In this document: piece by piece, positions 7,976-17,851 of the stretch | Position numbering within the stretch: the stretch's first letter is position 1 | How the letters are laid out: every line of letters begins with the position of its first letter | NCBI GenBank assembly: GCA_963720755.1 | Contig: CAVRGP010000003.1 | Span: 1-36,392, forward strand | Direction of reading: 5' to 3' | DNA: 36,392 bases | DNA from: an uncultured Chloroflexia bacterium | GTDB taxonomy: Bacteria > Chloroflexota > Limnocylindria > Limnocylindrales > CSP1-4 | Notes under the pieces: model-generated | Told to the model about the DNA's origin: nothing | The model's database searches: none | The model's input: only the letters and a program-made list of their open reading frames with translations | Translations under genes and position numbers: made by a program

Positions 7976-8194
7976 ACCGATGGTCACCTCTGGGCTGGCA
8001 GCGTGGCTGCATGGGACGATACCCGAGTCGACCGCCCGATTCGAGCCCCGCCGGTGCACCCGGACACCAACGTTCGACAGGACCGCTCCGATGAGGCAAT
8101 CTGCATCGGCCAACGCTCTCGGCGAGCGACGATCCTCGCGCGGATAGCCACCTGGGTAGAACGGCGCGGACAACGACAAGTAACCGGAGCGACA

Positions 8195-9598
8195 TTGGAT
8201 CCCCTACGAACCTCGCGCAGCGAACCCGCACCGGCGGCACCATCCGACGACTCTCCGGCGAGCACCTTCGAGCCCATGCGGGTCTGCCAGGTGGAGTTGT
8301 CCCGGGACCTGCCAGCGATCGAGAGATTCGACGACGATGTCCACGATCGCGCATACGGGCGCGCCATGGTGCTTGTTCGCCTGCACGGCCAGCCGCTCGG
8401 GGCGATCGTGGTGCGCCTTGGCGACGCGGGCGTCTCTGGCACCGATCTGGCCGCCCGCATCGACGCCGAGCTTGGGAGCAGGATCGAAGCGCATCTGCTC
8501 GCAGATGACCTGGGCATCGGTGGTGGTCAGGCCGCAGCAGATCCACCCGAGGGACATGACCCATCATGCGTGACGGCACGGCGACGCGCCGGTGCGCGTC
8601 GATCGGCATCGATCGTCATCACGACCCGCGACCGGACGGCGCAGCTCGAGGCGGCCCTGCGATCCGTGTTCGCGCTGGATCATGCGTCCTTCGATGTCGT
8701 TGTCGTCGACAACGTCCCGTCGGACGACTCGACGGAAACGATGATCCGATCGCGATTTGCCGGCAACGTCGCCCTCACCTACGTGCGCGAAGATCGGCCG
8801 GGCATATCGGCGGCTCGGAACACCGGCGTCCGCCTCGCACGGGGAGAGGTCATCGCGTTCACCGACGACGACGTCGAGGTGGATCCGGGATGGCTATCGG
8901 CGCTGGTCGCCGGCTTCGACACGACTCCCGGGGTCGGGGTCGTGACTGGATTGACGCTGCCGGCGGCGATCGACCTGCCCGTGCACGAGCTGTTCGAGGA
9001 GTACGGCGGCTTCGACAAGGGGTTCAGCCCCCGGGTCGTCGATCTGGGACCGCTGCGGCCGCCAGACGATCCCCTCTTTCCATACGCGCCGGGCCGCCTC
9101 GGCAGTGGCAACAACATGGCGTTCCAGACCGACGCTCTCCGGGCGATCGGAGGCTTCGACGAATGCCTCGGCGTCGGGAGCCCGACCCATTCCGGCGAGG
9201 ACCTGGCGGCCTTCATCCGCGTCCTGTGGTCTGGCCGGAAGTTGGCGTACGAACCCGGGGCACTGATCTTCCATCATCATCGAGACACCTACGCCGCGCT
9301 CCGACGCCAGGTCTACGGGTACGGCGTCGGCTTGTCCGCCTGCCTCATCAGCTGTCTATCACGGAATCCACGGGCGCTGGCCGACGTCGCGTCCCGCGTT
9401 CCGGTGGGCCTCAAGTACCTGCTGAGCCCATCGTCGGGCAAGAATCGACGCCGCTCGGCCGACTATCCACGTAGCCTCGCCTTGGCAGAGGCGGCCGGCA
9501 TCGCGTACGGACCCTTCGCCTACGGACGAGCGCGCGCTGACGCCCGCCGATGGAGGGCCGGCCGCGTGCGAGGGCGCTCCGGGATCGGCGGGGCCTGA
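8195..9598 (+). CDS. Glycosyltransferase family 2
   Basis: SIVITTRDR, VVVDN, GISAARNTG, AFTDDD, GSGNNMAF, GGFDE, SGED. GGAG (8186-8189) precedes TTG 8195. Confidence 0.9.
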   Translation: MDPLRTSRSEPAPAAPSDDSPASTFEPMRVCQVELSRDLPAIERFDDDVHDRAYGRAMVLVRLHGQPLGAIVVRLGDAGVSGTDLAARIDAELGSRIEAHLLADDLGIGGGQAAADPPEGHDPSCVTARRRAGARRSASIVITTRDRTAQLEAALRSVFALDHASFDVVVVDNVPSDDSTETMIRSRFAGNVALTYVREDRPGISAARNTGVRLARGEVIAFTDDDVEVDPGWLSALVAGFDTTPGVGVVTGLTLPAAIDLPVHELFEEYGGFDKGFSPRVVDLGPLRPPDDPLFPYAPGRLGSGNNMAFQTDALRAIGGFDECLGVGSPTHSGEDLAAFIRVLWSGRKLAYEPGALIFHHHRDTYAALRRQVYGYGVGLSACLISCLSRNPRALADVASRVPVGLKYLLSPSSGKNRRRSADYPRSLALAEAAGIAYGPFAYGRARADARRWRAGRVRGRSGIGGA

Positions 9599-10851
9599 TG
9601 CGGGTGATGCTGCTGGCCCAATGGTTCCCGCCCATCATCGGCGGCGAAGAATGGCACGTCCTGCGCCTCGGGAAGGAACTGGTCTTCCGAGACCATGTGG
9701 TCGATGTCGTCACCCTGATGCAGCCTGGACTGCCCGCGTTCGAGGAGATGGGCGGGGTTCGTGTCCATCGAATCCAGGGGACCGTCCAGCGGCTCGAGCG
9801 CCTATTCCTCGACCCGGGCCGTCGATCAGCTGCACCGGGTCCCGACCCGGAGTTGATGGGCGCCCTCTGGCGGATCGTTCGCGATGTCCGACCAGACGTG
9901 GTTCACGGCCACAACTGGCTGCTGCATCCCTTCGTGCCGATCAAGCGGGCAGTAGGCGTGCCCCTTGTGGTCACCCTCCACGACTACAGTCTGGTCTGTG
10001 CCAGGAAGGACTTGATGTACCGGGGCTCGACCCAGTGTTCGGGTCCTGACCTCGCGAAGTGCCTCCGATGTGCAGCACAGAAGTTCGGTCCGGGCAAGGG
10101 ATTGGCGACCACGGTCGGTCTCGCGACGATGAAGCCGCTCATCCGGGCAAGCGCGGACCACATCATCGCGGTGAGCACGTCCGTCGCCGCGGGTAACCGA
10201 CTCGAGGAGTGGGGAATCCCGGCCACAGTGATCCCGAATTTCATCCCGGACCTTGACCCATCCGGCCCGCCACCGACACCGGACGACATGCCGACCCTCC
10301 CGGACGAGCCGTTCCTCCTCTACGTGGGGGCGATCAGTCAGGCCAAGGGTGTGCCGACGTTGTTGGATGCGTACGCCGGGATGGTCGACCCGCCACCGCT
10401 CGTTCTGATCGGGTACCCCGGAGCCGAGACCGATGCGATCCTTCGCGATATGCCGCCCGGCACGACCTACGTCGATCGCCAGCCGAATCCGGTCGTTCTC
10501 GAAGCCTGGAAGCGGAGCCGGATCGGTATCGTGCCGTCGGTCGGTCGGGAGGCGTCGCCGACCGTGGTGCTCGAGGCGATGGCGGCGGGCACCCCGGTCA
10601 TCGCCTCGCGCATCGGTGGCATCCCCGACATGATCGAGAACGATGTCGACGGGCTACTCGTGACTCCGGGCGATCCGGGTGAACTGCGCCGGGCGATCTC
10701 TCGGATCCTGGGCGACGATGCGCTCGCCGCCCGATTGGGATCCGCCGGTGCGGTCCGCGTCAATGCATTTCGGGCCAACGAGGTCGTGCCGCGGATCGAG
10801 CGCGTGTACGACCAGGTCACCTGGGCGAAGGCGGAGACGTCGGTCCGATGA
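9598..10851 (+). CDS. Glycosyltransferase family 4
   Basis: FPPIIGGEE, PDVVHGHN, TLHDY, KGV, EASPTVVLEAMAAGTPVIASRIGGIPD (Ex7E motif). TGATG coupling at 9596-9600. Confidence 0.92.
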   Translation: MRVMLLAQWFPPIIGGEEWHVLRLGKELVFRDHVVDVVTLMQPGLPAFEEMGGVRVHRIQGTVQRLERLFLDPGRRSAAPGPDPELMGALWRIVRDVRPDVVHGHNWLLHPFVPIKRAVGVPLVVTLHDYSLVCARKDLMYRGSTQCSGPDLAKCLRCAAQKFGPGKGLATTVGLATMKPLIRASADHIIAVSTSVAAGNRLEEWGIPATVIPNFIPDLDPSGPPPTPDDMPTLPDEPFLLYVGAISQAKGVPTLLDAYAGMVDPPPLVLIGYPGAETDAILRDMPPGTTYVDRQPNPVVLEAWKRSRIGIVPSVGREASPTVVLEAMAAGTPVIASRIGGIPDMIENDVDGLLVTPGDPGELRRAISRILGDDALAARLGSAGAVRVNAFRANEVVPRIERVYDQVTWAKAETSVR

Positions 10852-12701
10852 CAGGGTCCGAAACCCGCGTCGAACCGGCGAACTGGGCCGAGCGGATCGG
10901 TTGGTTCCCCGGCCTGGCCGTGTTGATGGCGATCGGTCTGCTGATCGTCTCGGTCGCGTTCAATGCGGCGCGCGACGAGCAGTCTTGGGCATCGATCGCA
11001 TATTGGATCGGGCTGATCATCGTCGTTGGCGCACCGGCCGCGCGGATGCTCCAGCCTGGTGTCGATCGGACGGAGCGCCTCGCCGTCGTGATCGCCCTCG
11101 GCCTCGCGCTCTATTGGACGAGCGTCCTGCGCAGCCCATCGAACCTGACCGGCTATGACGACCTGCTGAACTTCAGGACCCTGCTCGATGTGCTGTCGTC
11201 GGGCCACCTGTTCACCGAGAACCCACTCCTTCTCGTGAACGGCCTCTACCCATCGCTGCCGGCCACCACGACGGCCTTCTCGCAGGTGTCAGGGATGGAT
11301 CCATTCCTGACTACGGTCGTCATCATGGGATTGCTGCGGGTGATCCTGGTCCTGGCGACCTTCCTCCTATTCGAAACGATCTCGGGGTCATCCTGGATCG
11401 GTGGCGTCGCCGCGCTCCTGTACATGACCAACCCGGATTTCCTGTTCTTCAACGCCTCGTACGTGTACGAATCGTTCGCCCTGCCATTCGCGGTCGTCAC
11501 GCTTTGGTTGATCGCGGAACGACAGTCAGCGGTGGGCCGAACGTATCGGGGCCTGACGGTCGTTGCCCTCCTGGCGGTGGCGGCCGTCGTGATGGGCCAC
11601 CATCTCACCACCGCCGCACTTGCCGCCGCCCTCGTGATCTGGTCGGGGGCCGTCACCTACCGACGTTGGCGCGGCCAACAGCTGGGTCGCACACAGGACG
11701 TGAGCGGCATGGCGGCGATCACGATCATCGGCGCCGTCGCCTGGTCCCTGTACTTCGCTACCGAGATGATCAAGTATGTCGGCTCGCTGACCCTTGCCAC
11801 CCTCGGTGGCGCCATCGGCTTCCTCACCGGCAGCGGACCCGGCCGGGAGCTTTTCAAAGCGGCTGGAAGCACGACTCCACCCGAGGAGCGGCTGGTCGCC
11901 CTGGCGGCGATCCTGATCGTCGTCGTCACCTTGCCGATCGGGTTGGTGATCCTGTGGCGGACACTGAGGACGCGACCCGCGGCACTCCTGTTGGGCGTCG
12001 TCGCGCTCGGCTATCCGGCATCGCAGGTGCTTCGACTCACGTCGTCCGGTGGACTGGAAGTCGCCAGCCGAGCGAACAGCTTCGTGTTCATCGGCGTGGC
12101 CTTTACGATGGCCCTCGTCGCTGTCGCCGTCATCGGCCGCCTGGGCCGCGCCCCACGTGCGGTCGTCCAGCCTGTCGCAACGGCGCTTGTCGTTGTCATG
12201 TTCGGTGGCGCCGTCGTCCTCGGGAGCACCTGGTGGAGTCGGCTCCCGGGACCGTTCATCGTCGGAGGCGAGTCGCGGGCGATCTCGCCCCAGGGTGCCG
12301 CCGCAGCAAGCTGGATGTTGGCCGAGCTCGGTCCGGACAACCGTGTCGCAGCCGATCGCACCAACCGGCTGCTGGTCGGCGCCGACGGGCGCCAGCGGGT
12401 CGTCTTCGACGCTCGCGACGTGGTGGAGCTCTGGCCGTTGTACGCCGATCCCACCTTCGACGGACCGGCGATCTTCGCGCTCCGAAGTCAGGACATCCGA
12501 TACGTTCTCGTGGACCGCAGGTTGTCGACCGCGATCCCACGCATCGGGCTCTACTTCGACCAGAGCGAACTCCAGCAACCCCACACCACACCGATCGCCG
12601 CGGCGGGTCTCGACAAGTTCGACGCGGATGCGCGGGTCGATCGGATCTATGACTCCGGAGCCATCCGGATCTACGAAACCCAGGCGATCCTCGATGAATG
12701 A
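10848..12701 (+). CDS. Polytopic membrane protein, GT-C fold/polysaccharide polymerase-like
   Basis: More than ten hydrophobic segments, an acidic pair in an early loop (GYDD), GHHLT motif and a soluble C-terminal domain. ATGA overlap with the GT4 gene, inside a glycan operon. Confidence 0.6.
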   Translation: MTGSETRVEPANWAERIGWFPGLAVLMAIGLLIVSVAFNAARDEQSWASIAYWIGLIIVVGAPAARMLQPGVDRTERLAVVIALGLALYWTSVLRSPSNLTGYDDLLNFRTLLDVLSSGHLFTENPLLLVNGLYPSLPATTTAFSQVSGMDPFLTTVVIMGLLRVILVLATFLLFETISGSSWIGGVAALLYMTNPDFLFFNASYVYESFALPFAVVTLWLIAERQSAVGRTYRGLTVVALLAVAAVVMGHHLTTAALAAALVIWSGAVTYRRWRGQQLGRTQDVSGMAAITIIGAVAWSLYFATEMIKYVGSLTLATLGGAIGFLTGSGPGRELFKAAGSTTPPEERLVALAAILIVVVTLPIGLVILWRTLRTRPAALLLGVVALGYPASQVLRLTSSGGLEVASRANSFVFIGVAFTMALVAVAVIGRLGRAPRAVVQPVATALVVVMFGGAVVLGSTWWSRLPGPFIVGGESRAISPQGAAAASWMLAELGPDNRVAADRTNRLLVGADGRQRVVFDARDVVELWPLYADPTFDGPAIFALRSQDIRYVLVDRRLSTAIPRIGLYFDQSELQQPHTTPIAAAGLDKFDADARVDRIYDSGAIRIYETQAILDE

Positions 12702-13569
12702 TCGATCGAGCGTCGCGATCGGCCTGTCCGCCATCGTGGTGCTCGTCGTCCTGGCCCTGATGGGCCTTCTGTTTGACGTGGCCCGCGCAGCGATCGGGTT
12801 GACCGTTCTTCTCCTGCCGGGCTACGCCTTCTCGCGTGCGGTGTTCGCGCCGGGAACCCTCGACGGAAGTCGGCGCGCCGCCGTGATCCTGACGTCGGGC
12901 CTCGTCGTCGTCGTGCTCGTCGGGCTGGTTGCCAACCAACTGCCAACAGGACTCGCCGGGCCGGTTTGGCTGGTGCTCATCGCGGGTGCCACCCTGGGTC
13001 TGCGCGAGCTCGGGGTCGCCCGTGGTCACATCCGGCGAGACGGACCGCAACGTTGGCTTGCGAGCTTCATGTCACGGAACGATCCAGGTTCGACGAATGG
13101 CGTGCCACCCTCGGCCCGCAGGACCAGGCTCGCACCGGTCCTGATGACGACGGTCGCGGTCATGGTCGCCCTCGGGGCGTTCTCCGTTGCGCGCACCGGG
13201 CAGGACGAGCAGGACCGGCGCACGGCGTTCACGGAGTTCTGGGCTGTGCTCGCCGAGGATCGAACTGGAGATGTCCGGATCGGGGCCACCAGTCACGAAA
13301 CGGCCGCAACGGACTATACGGTCCGCGTCATCTCCGGTGGGACCGCGATCGCATTCGAGGGGTCGTTCAGCCTGGACCCCGGCGCCTCGTGGGAGACGAC
13401 GATCACGCTGCCTGTGACCGCACGGGCCACACCCGGTCCGGGCAGTAGCGCCAACCCGGGCGCGAGTCCGGACCTCGTCCTCGTCTCCACGATGCGTGCG
13501 AGCCTGTATGTCGCAGGAAGGGTGGCGCCGTATCGCGAGGTGTGGCTGAACGGATCGACGCCATCTTGA
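12694..13569 (+). CDS. DUF1616-like membrane protein
   Basis: Start MNDRSS at 12694 overlaps the upstream stop. LLLPGYAFSRAVF, FTEFW and SHE...Y motifs recall DUF1616. Confidence 0.65.
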   Translation: MNDRSSVAIGLSAIVVLVVLALMGLLFDVARAAIGLTVLLLPGYAFSRAVFAPGTLDGSRRAAVILTSGLVVVVLVGLVANQLPTGLAGPVWLVLIAGATLGLRELGVARGHIRRDGPQRWLASFMSRNDPGSTNGVPPSARRTRLAPVLMTTVAVMVALGAFSVARTGQDEQDRRTAFTEFWAVLAEDRTGDVRIGATSHETAATDYTVRVISGGTAIAFEGSFSLDPGASWETTITLPVTARATPGPGSSANPGASPDLVLVSTMRASLYVAGRVAPYREVWLNGSTPS

Positions 13570-14906
13570 GCACCCGCGCGACGCTCGAGAGGATCCTGGT
13601 CGCCGGACGCCAGCAGCAGACGCGGCAGATCCTCCAGAACGGATCGTCGCTCGTGGGCAGCGTCGCCCTGACATCCGGGTTGGGTTTCGCCTACTGGTTC
13701 GTCGCAGCGCTGCTGTTCGCGCCGGCTGAGATCGGGCTGGCCGCAGCGAGCATCTCGGCGATGTCGCTTCTCGCGTCGTTGGCGACCTTCGGGCTCGGGA
13801 CCCTGCTGGTCGCCGAATTGCATCGATACGCGGGTCGCGAGTCGGGATTGATCGGAGCGTCGATGATCGTCGCTGGCACGGTGGGACTGACGATCGGCAT
13901 GGCATTTGCGATCGCGGCTGGATCGGTCAGCCGCGAGTTCGGGCCTCTGTCCGAATCGCCCATCACCGTGACCTTGTTCGGTCTGGGTGTGGCCCTGACG
14001 GCGGCGGCGGCGGTCCTCGACATCGCCTTGGTCGGCGTCCTTCGAGGCGACCTGCAGTTCAGCCGGACGGCCATCTTCGCATTCTCCAAGTTGGGGCTCC
14101 TGATCGTTGGCGGAGCGGTCGTGATCGCACAGGCTCGCTTCACGATCGTCGGGACGTGGATCGCCGGTCTCCTCTTGTCGATCGTGGCGATCGGGGCATT
14201 CGCCTCCTGGAGAGGGATGGTGGGTCGGATCCTGCCCTTCCAATTCGGGGCGCTCCGCCTCTTGCGGGGCGCGGCCCTGCGTAACCACGCGCTCAACCTC
14301 GCCCTGGCCGTGACGGATTGGACGATGCCGATCCTGGCGACGATCGTCCTGTCCGCGGCGACGAGCGGGACCTTCTTCATCGCCTGGATGATCGCCGGGG
14401 TGGCGCTGTTCGTCCCTGCGGCACTCGCCCAGGCGCTCTATGCCGTCTGCGCGCGAGCCCCTGAGACCCTCGCGACGAACCTCCGGATGACGCTCCGACT
14501 GTCGCTCGTGGCGGGCGTCGTCATCTCGCTGGGCACGATCGTCGTCGGGCCGAAACTCCTGGGCTTCCTGGGGCACGAATACTACGAAGCGGCGCCCGCC
14601 CTCATCCTCATGTCACTTGGGATCTTCCCAGTCGCGATCAAGGCCCATTACGTGACCATCGGTCGGCTCGAGGGTTCCCTGATGGAAACCACACGCGTGG
14701 CTGCGTTGGGCGCTGCCATCGAGCTGGCCCTCGCGGCCGCCGGAGGGAAGGTGGCCGGTCTCACCGGGCTCGGCTTCGGGATCCTCATCGGCCTCGTTCT
14801 CCAGGCGCTGCTGATGGTTCCGCGCATCCGTCGGGTGCTCCGCGACGACCGGGCTGCGTCGAAACCGGCAGGCGCAGCGCCCGGCAGCGATCCCGCGGCG
14901 CCGTGA
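13566..14906 (+). CDS. Wzx-like polysaccharide flippase (MOP superfamily)
   Basis: About 12 TM segments; NGSSLVGS..LTSGLGFAYWFVAA..F...EIG is a typical N-terminus. TTGA overlap with the upstream stop. Confidence 0.85.
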   Translation: MSTRATLERILVAGRQQQTRQILQNGSSLVGSVALTSGLGFAYWFVAALLFAPAEIGLAAASISAMSLLASLATFGLGTLLVAELHRYAGRESGLIGASMIVAGTVGLTIGMAFAIAAGSVSREFGPLSESPITVTLFGLGVALTAAAAVLDIALVGVLRGDLQFSRTAIFAFSKLGLLIVGGAVVIAQARFTIVGTWIAGLLLSIVAIGAFASWRGMVGRILPFQFGALRLLRGAALRNHALNLALAVTDWTMPILATIVLSAATSGTFFIAWMIAGVALFVPAALAQALYAVCARAPETLATNLRMTLRLSLVAGVVISLGTIVVGPKLLGFLGHEYYEAAPALILMSLGIFPVAIKAHYVTIGRLEGSLMETTRVAALGAAIELALAAAGGKVAGLTGLGFGILIGLVLQALLMVPRIRRVLRDDRAASKPAGAAPGSDPAAP

Positions 14907-14921
14907 CCAACGCGGCGCCAG

Positions 14922-15344
14922 TCACTCCCTGAGCGCCAGCCAGGTGAGCTGGACCAGCCAGGACGCGACGACGAGGATCGCCAATGTCATAGCGGGCCAA
15001 CGCGCGGCCAACCGCGCCTGGGCACCGAAGAGCTCCCGTTCGGCCAGGAAACCGATCGCAACGAGCGCGAGGTACAGCCCGGTCATCAGGACGATATCGC
15101 CCGCACCGAGACCCAGCGCGACCAGGGCCGAGACCACCGCGATCCCGGCGGCTCGAAGGTCCGCCGTCCGGGCGTCGTTCGATCCATCTCTCGACTCGGC
15201 CCGATCGGCGGACAACGTCTGTCCCGACTCCGGCATCGTGTCGAACCCCGCGCCGCATCGGACGCAGTGACGATCCTGACCCTCGCGTGGTGTGCCGCAT
15301 CGAACGCAGTAGGTCGACGGCGCCGGGAGTGACGTTCCGCTCAT
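14922..15344 (-). CDS. Zinc-ribbon domain membrane protein
   Basis: YCVRCG-x8-CVRCG followed by three hydrophobic segments. Confidence 0.7.
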   Translation of the reverse strand: MSGTSLPAPSTYCVRCGTPREGQDRHCVRCGAGFDTMPESGQTLSADRAESRDGSNDARTADLRAAGIAVVSALVALGLGAGDIVLMTGLYLALVAIGFLAERELFGAQARLAARWPAMTLAILVVASWLVQLTWLALRE

Positions 15345-15426
15345 CGTGGCCAGCCGTCCAGAACCGGATAGGCTCCGCCGATCGCGGTCTCAACGAGTCT
15401 CCCGGCCACCTGATGTCGCACGTGGC

Positions 15427-16614
15427 TCACCTGCGAGCGATGGCGTCGACGGCTCGACGCGCATGACGTAGGTGGTTGACCACGCTCGGCATCGGATCAC
15501 GCACATCGAAGATCGGGAATGCTTGCCGGTGCATCAGACTGCCGATCCAACCTGACCACCCAAGTTGGCCGTCGGCATGGAGAGCCATGAATGCGCGGAC
15601 ATCGTTTGCCGGGCTCCACAGCCGCATGCCGTCCGGGTACGTGGTTGGCATCGTCGGATCCTCGCCGAGGATCCGACGGTATACCCAGGTTCCGAGATCA
15701 AAGCCTGCCCTGGCCAGTAGTTCGTTCGATGCCGTGAAGCGGGCGTTGCACTCGATCAGGCGCAAGCTTCCGTCCCGGCGGTCGAGCTTGAACTCGACAT
15801 TCGCCAGCCCTCGGACCCCGACGTGCTTCAGGAGCGCCAGTGCTGGTTCCGCCAGCTCGGGGATGTGATCGGTCACGTGATACGTCGCCGACCCCATGTT
15901 GACTGGATACCTCCGGACGATGCGCTTTGTGAAGCGGAACTGTGGTTCACCATCTGCATCGAGGTACGTGTAGAAGCTGCATAGTTGATCGTCGGCGCCG
16001 GGGATCATCTCCATCAAGAGCACCTCGGCCCCGGCCGAATGCGCCACACCGACAGCCTCGACCGCCATCTCGAAGGAGTCGGCCACGAAGAACTTCCGGC
16101 CGAAGTGCGCTTCGAAGAGGTGTGAATAGCGGGGCTTGACGATCAGCGGGTACACAAGTTGGCTGCGCAGGTCCGAAAGCTCCGTGCCCGGAGCTACGGA
16201 CCAGAACTTCGGCGTCGCCACACCAGCTGCGCGAGCGGACCGATAGGTGCATAGCTTGTCCAGCATGCACCGCTGGGCGCCGACAGCCGAGATGTCAAGG
16301 CGGTAGCGGTCCAGAAGTCTCTCGCGGTTTGCAGCGATGAATTCCAGCGCCGCGTCGCTGGCCGCGAGGAGCACGGCGCCGGATGCCCGGTCAGACGCCG
16401 GACCAAACAAGTATCCGGCCCAGTCGTCGAACGTGGCGGATCGTGGCATCGGGACCCACTGCACGTACCTCGAGAACCGGGTGCTCGACGAGGCTTCGTT
16501 CACGGCGTAGACCGTGACACCGATCCGGGCGAGGCTACGTGCAACTGATAGCGCGTTGGCATCGCCTCCGAGCACGATCGCAGGTGGGGGCGTGTCGCTG
16601 CCGCGATCGGCCAT
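15427..16614 (-). CDS. ATP-grasp carboxylate-amine ligase (COG3919/D-aspartate-ligase-like)
   Basis: NALSVARSL, SRY, LDK, YPLIVKP, EMIPG, NVEFKLD.RDG, IECNARF. Confidence 0.85.
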   Translation of the reverse strand: MADRGSDTPPPAIVLGGDANALSVARSLARIGVTVYAVNEASSSTRFSRYVQWVPMPRSATFDDWAGYLFGPASDRASGAVLLAASDAALEFIAANRERLLDRYRLDISAVGAQRCMLDKLCTYRSARAAGVATPKFWSVAPGTELSDLRSQLVYPLIVKPRYSHLFEAHFGRKFFVADSFEMAVEAVGVAHSAGAEVLLMEMIPGADDQLCSFYTYLDADGEPQFRFTKRIVRRYPVNMGSATYHVTDHIPELAEPALALLKHVGVRGLANVEFKLDRRDGSLRLIECNARFTASNELLARAGFDLGTWVYRRILGEDPTMPTTYPDGMRLWSPANDVRAFMALHADGQLGWSGWIGSLMHRQAFPIFDVRDPMPSVVNHLRHARRAVDAIARR

Positions 16615-16627
16615 GCGAGTCACCCGG

Positions 16628-17851
16628 TCACCTGTCGGAGGTCGTCCATCCGAGAATCCTCCGACTGATCGCGGTGCGTTGACGCCAGATCGTTCCGCGC
16701 AGGAATGGTACGGGATCGCCGAGGGCCAGGACCGCACGAGATTCGGCCGCGGCCGCCCATCGCAACCACTTGATCAACGGCATACCCATCGCCCGGGCAG
16801 CGAGCGCATCGGGAAGCAGGTCAAGCCATCGGACACCGGCCCTTGCTCGCCCGTACCGCGGGGTGGGCCCCCCGACCAGATCCCAGTACATCGCCTCGGC
16901 GAGATGGACACCGGCGATCGCGCCGGGATGGTTCCAGAAGCTGAGCCTGGGGTTGACCTCGAGAAGGTGCAACCCTCCGTCAGGCGCGCGCTTGAAGTCC
17001 AACTTGGCAGGCCCGCGCAACGACAACGACCCAACGACCAGTCGGCCCAGGTCACGCACGTCGGGGGCGTCCGTCGTCACCACGGCCGTGCTGTGGCCGA
17101 AGTGGATCGGAAGGGTTCGGATCTCCCGACCCGTGAATTCCGCGGTCGTCGACCCGCTCATATCGACGTACGCGTGGTAGCTCTCGATCCGGTGTTCCGG
17201 ACCCGGGATCATCTCCTGGGCGAGGATGTCCTGTCCCGCCGCGACCAGGGCCGGCCACGCCGCTTCGAAAGCGCTCGGGTCGTCAACCCGGAGCGCCTTT
17301 GCCGATCCGGCCACGGTCACCCACGGCCGATCGCGGTCTCTCCTCGTGAGCGGCTTGATGACGAGCGGATACGTGAGATCGAGCAGCGGCGGGTGGCGCT
17401 CCTGAGTGTTCAGGCGGAGGGCGGCGGGCACGGGTAGCCGAAGGTGCTCGGCGAGGATGCGAAAGCGATCCTTGTCGACGAGGTCCTCGATCAACGTTTC
17501 GTCGGCCAGATGGTATCGGAAGTATGGCTCGAGACGACCCCGATTACGCGAGATGAGAAGGAGATATTCGTCTTGATCGGCCATCAGGACAGGCCGTTCT
17601 GGCTGCATCGAACCGAACCGGATCAGGTCCTCGATGATCGTTTCGGATCCATCGCGGAGATCGCCGATCTCGATCGTCGCCCTGGTGTACCGGGAATAGC
17701 ATTGCGGGAAGCCCGGTGGACTTACCACGACGATCGGGATACCACTGCGACCGAGTGGCCGAACCAGATCCATCCCGCCCATGACGCACGCTGTCGTGCG
17801 ATCGGACGCCGTTCCCCGGTCGCGTCCAGCCAGAGCCAGCCACGGACTCAC
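16628..17851 (-). CDS. ATP-grasp carboxylate-amine ligase (COG3919-like), second paralogue
   Basis: LVRPLGRSG, YSRY, VDK, YPLVIKP, QEMIPG, KLDFK, LEVNPR. GTGA overlap with the upstream gene. Confidence 0.85.
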   Translation of the reverse strand: MSPWLALAGRDRGTASDRTTACVMGGMDLVRPLGRSGIPIVVVSPPGFPQCYSRYTRATIEIGDLRDGSETIIEDLIRFGSMQPERPVLMADQDEYLLLISRNRGRLEPYFRYHLADETLIEDLVDKDRFRILAEHLRLPVPAALRLNTQERHPPLLDLTYPLVIKPLTRRDRDRPWVTVAGSAKALRVDDPSAFEAAWPALVAAGQDILAQEMIPGPEHRIESYHAYVDMSGSTTAEFTGREIRTLPIHFGHSTAVVTTDAPDVRDLGRLVVGSLSLRGPAKLDFKRAPDGGLHLLEVNPRLSFWNHPGAIAGVHLAEAMYWDLVGGPTPRYGRARAGVRWLDLLPDALAARAMGMPLIKWLRWAAAAESRAVLALGDPVPFLRGTIWRQRTAISRRILGWTTSDR

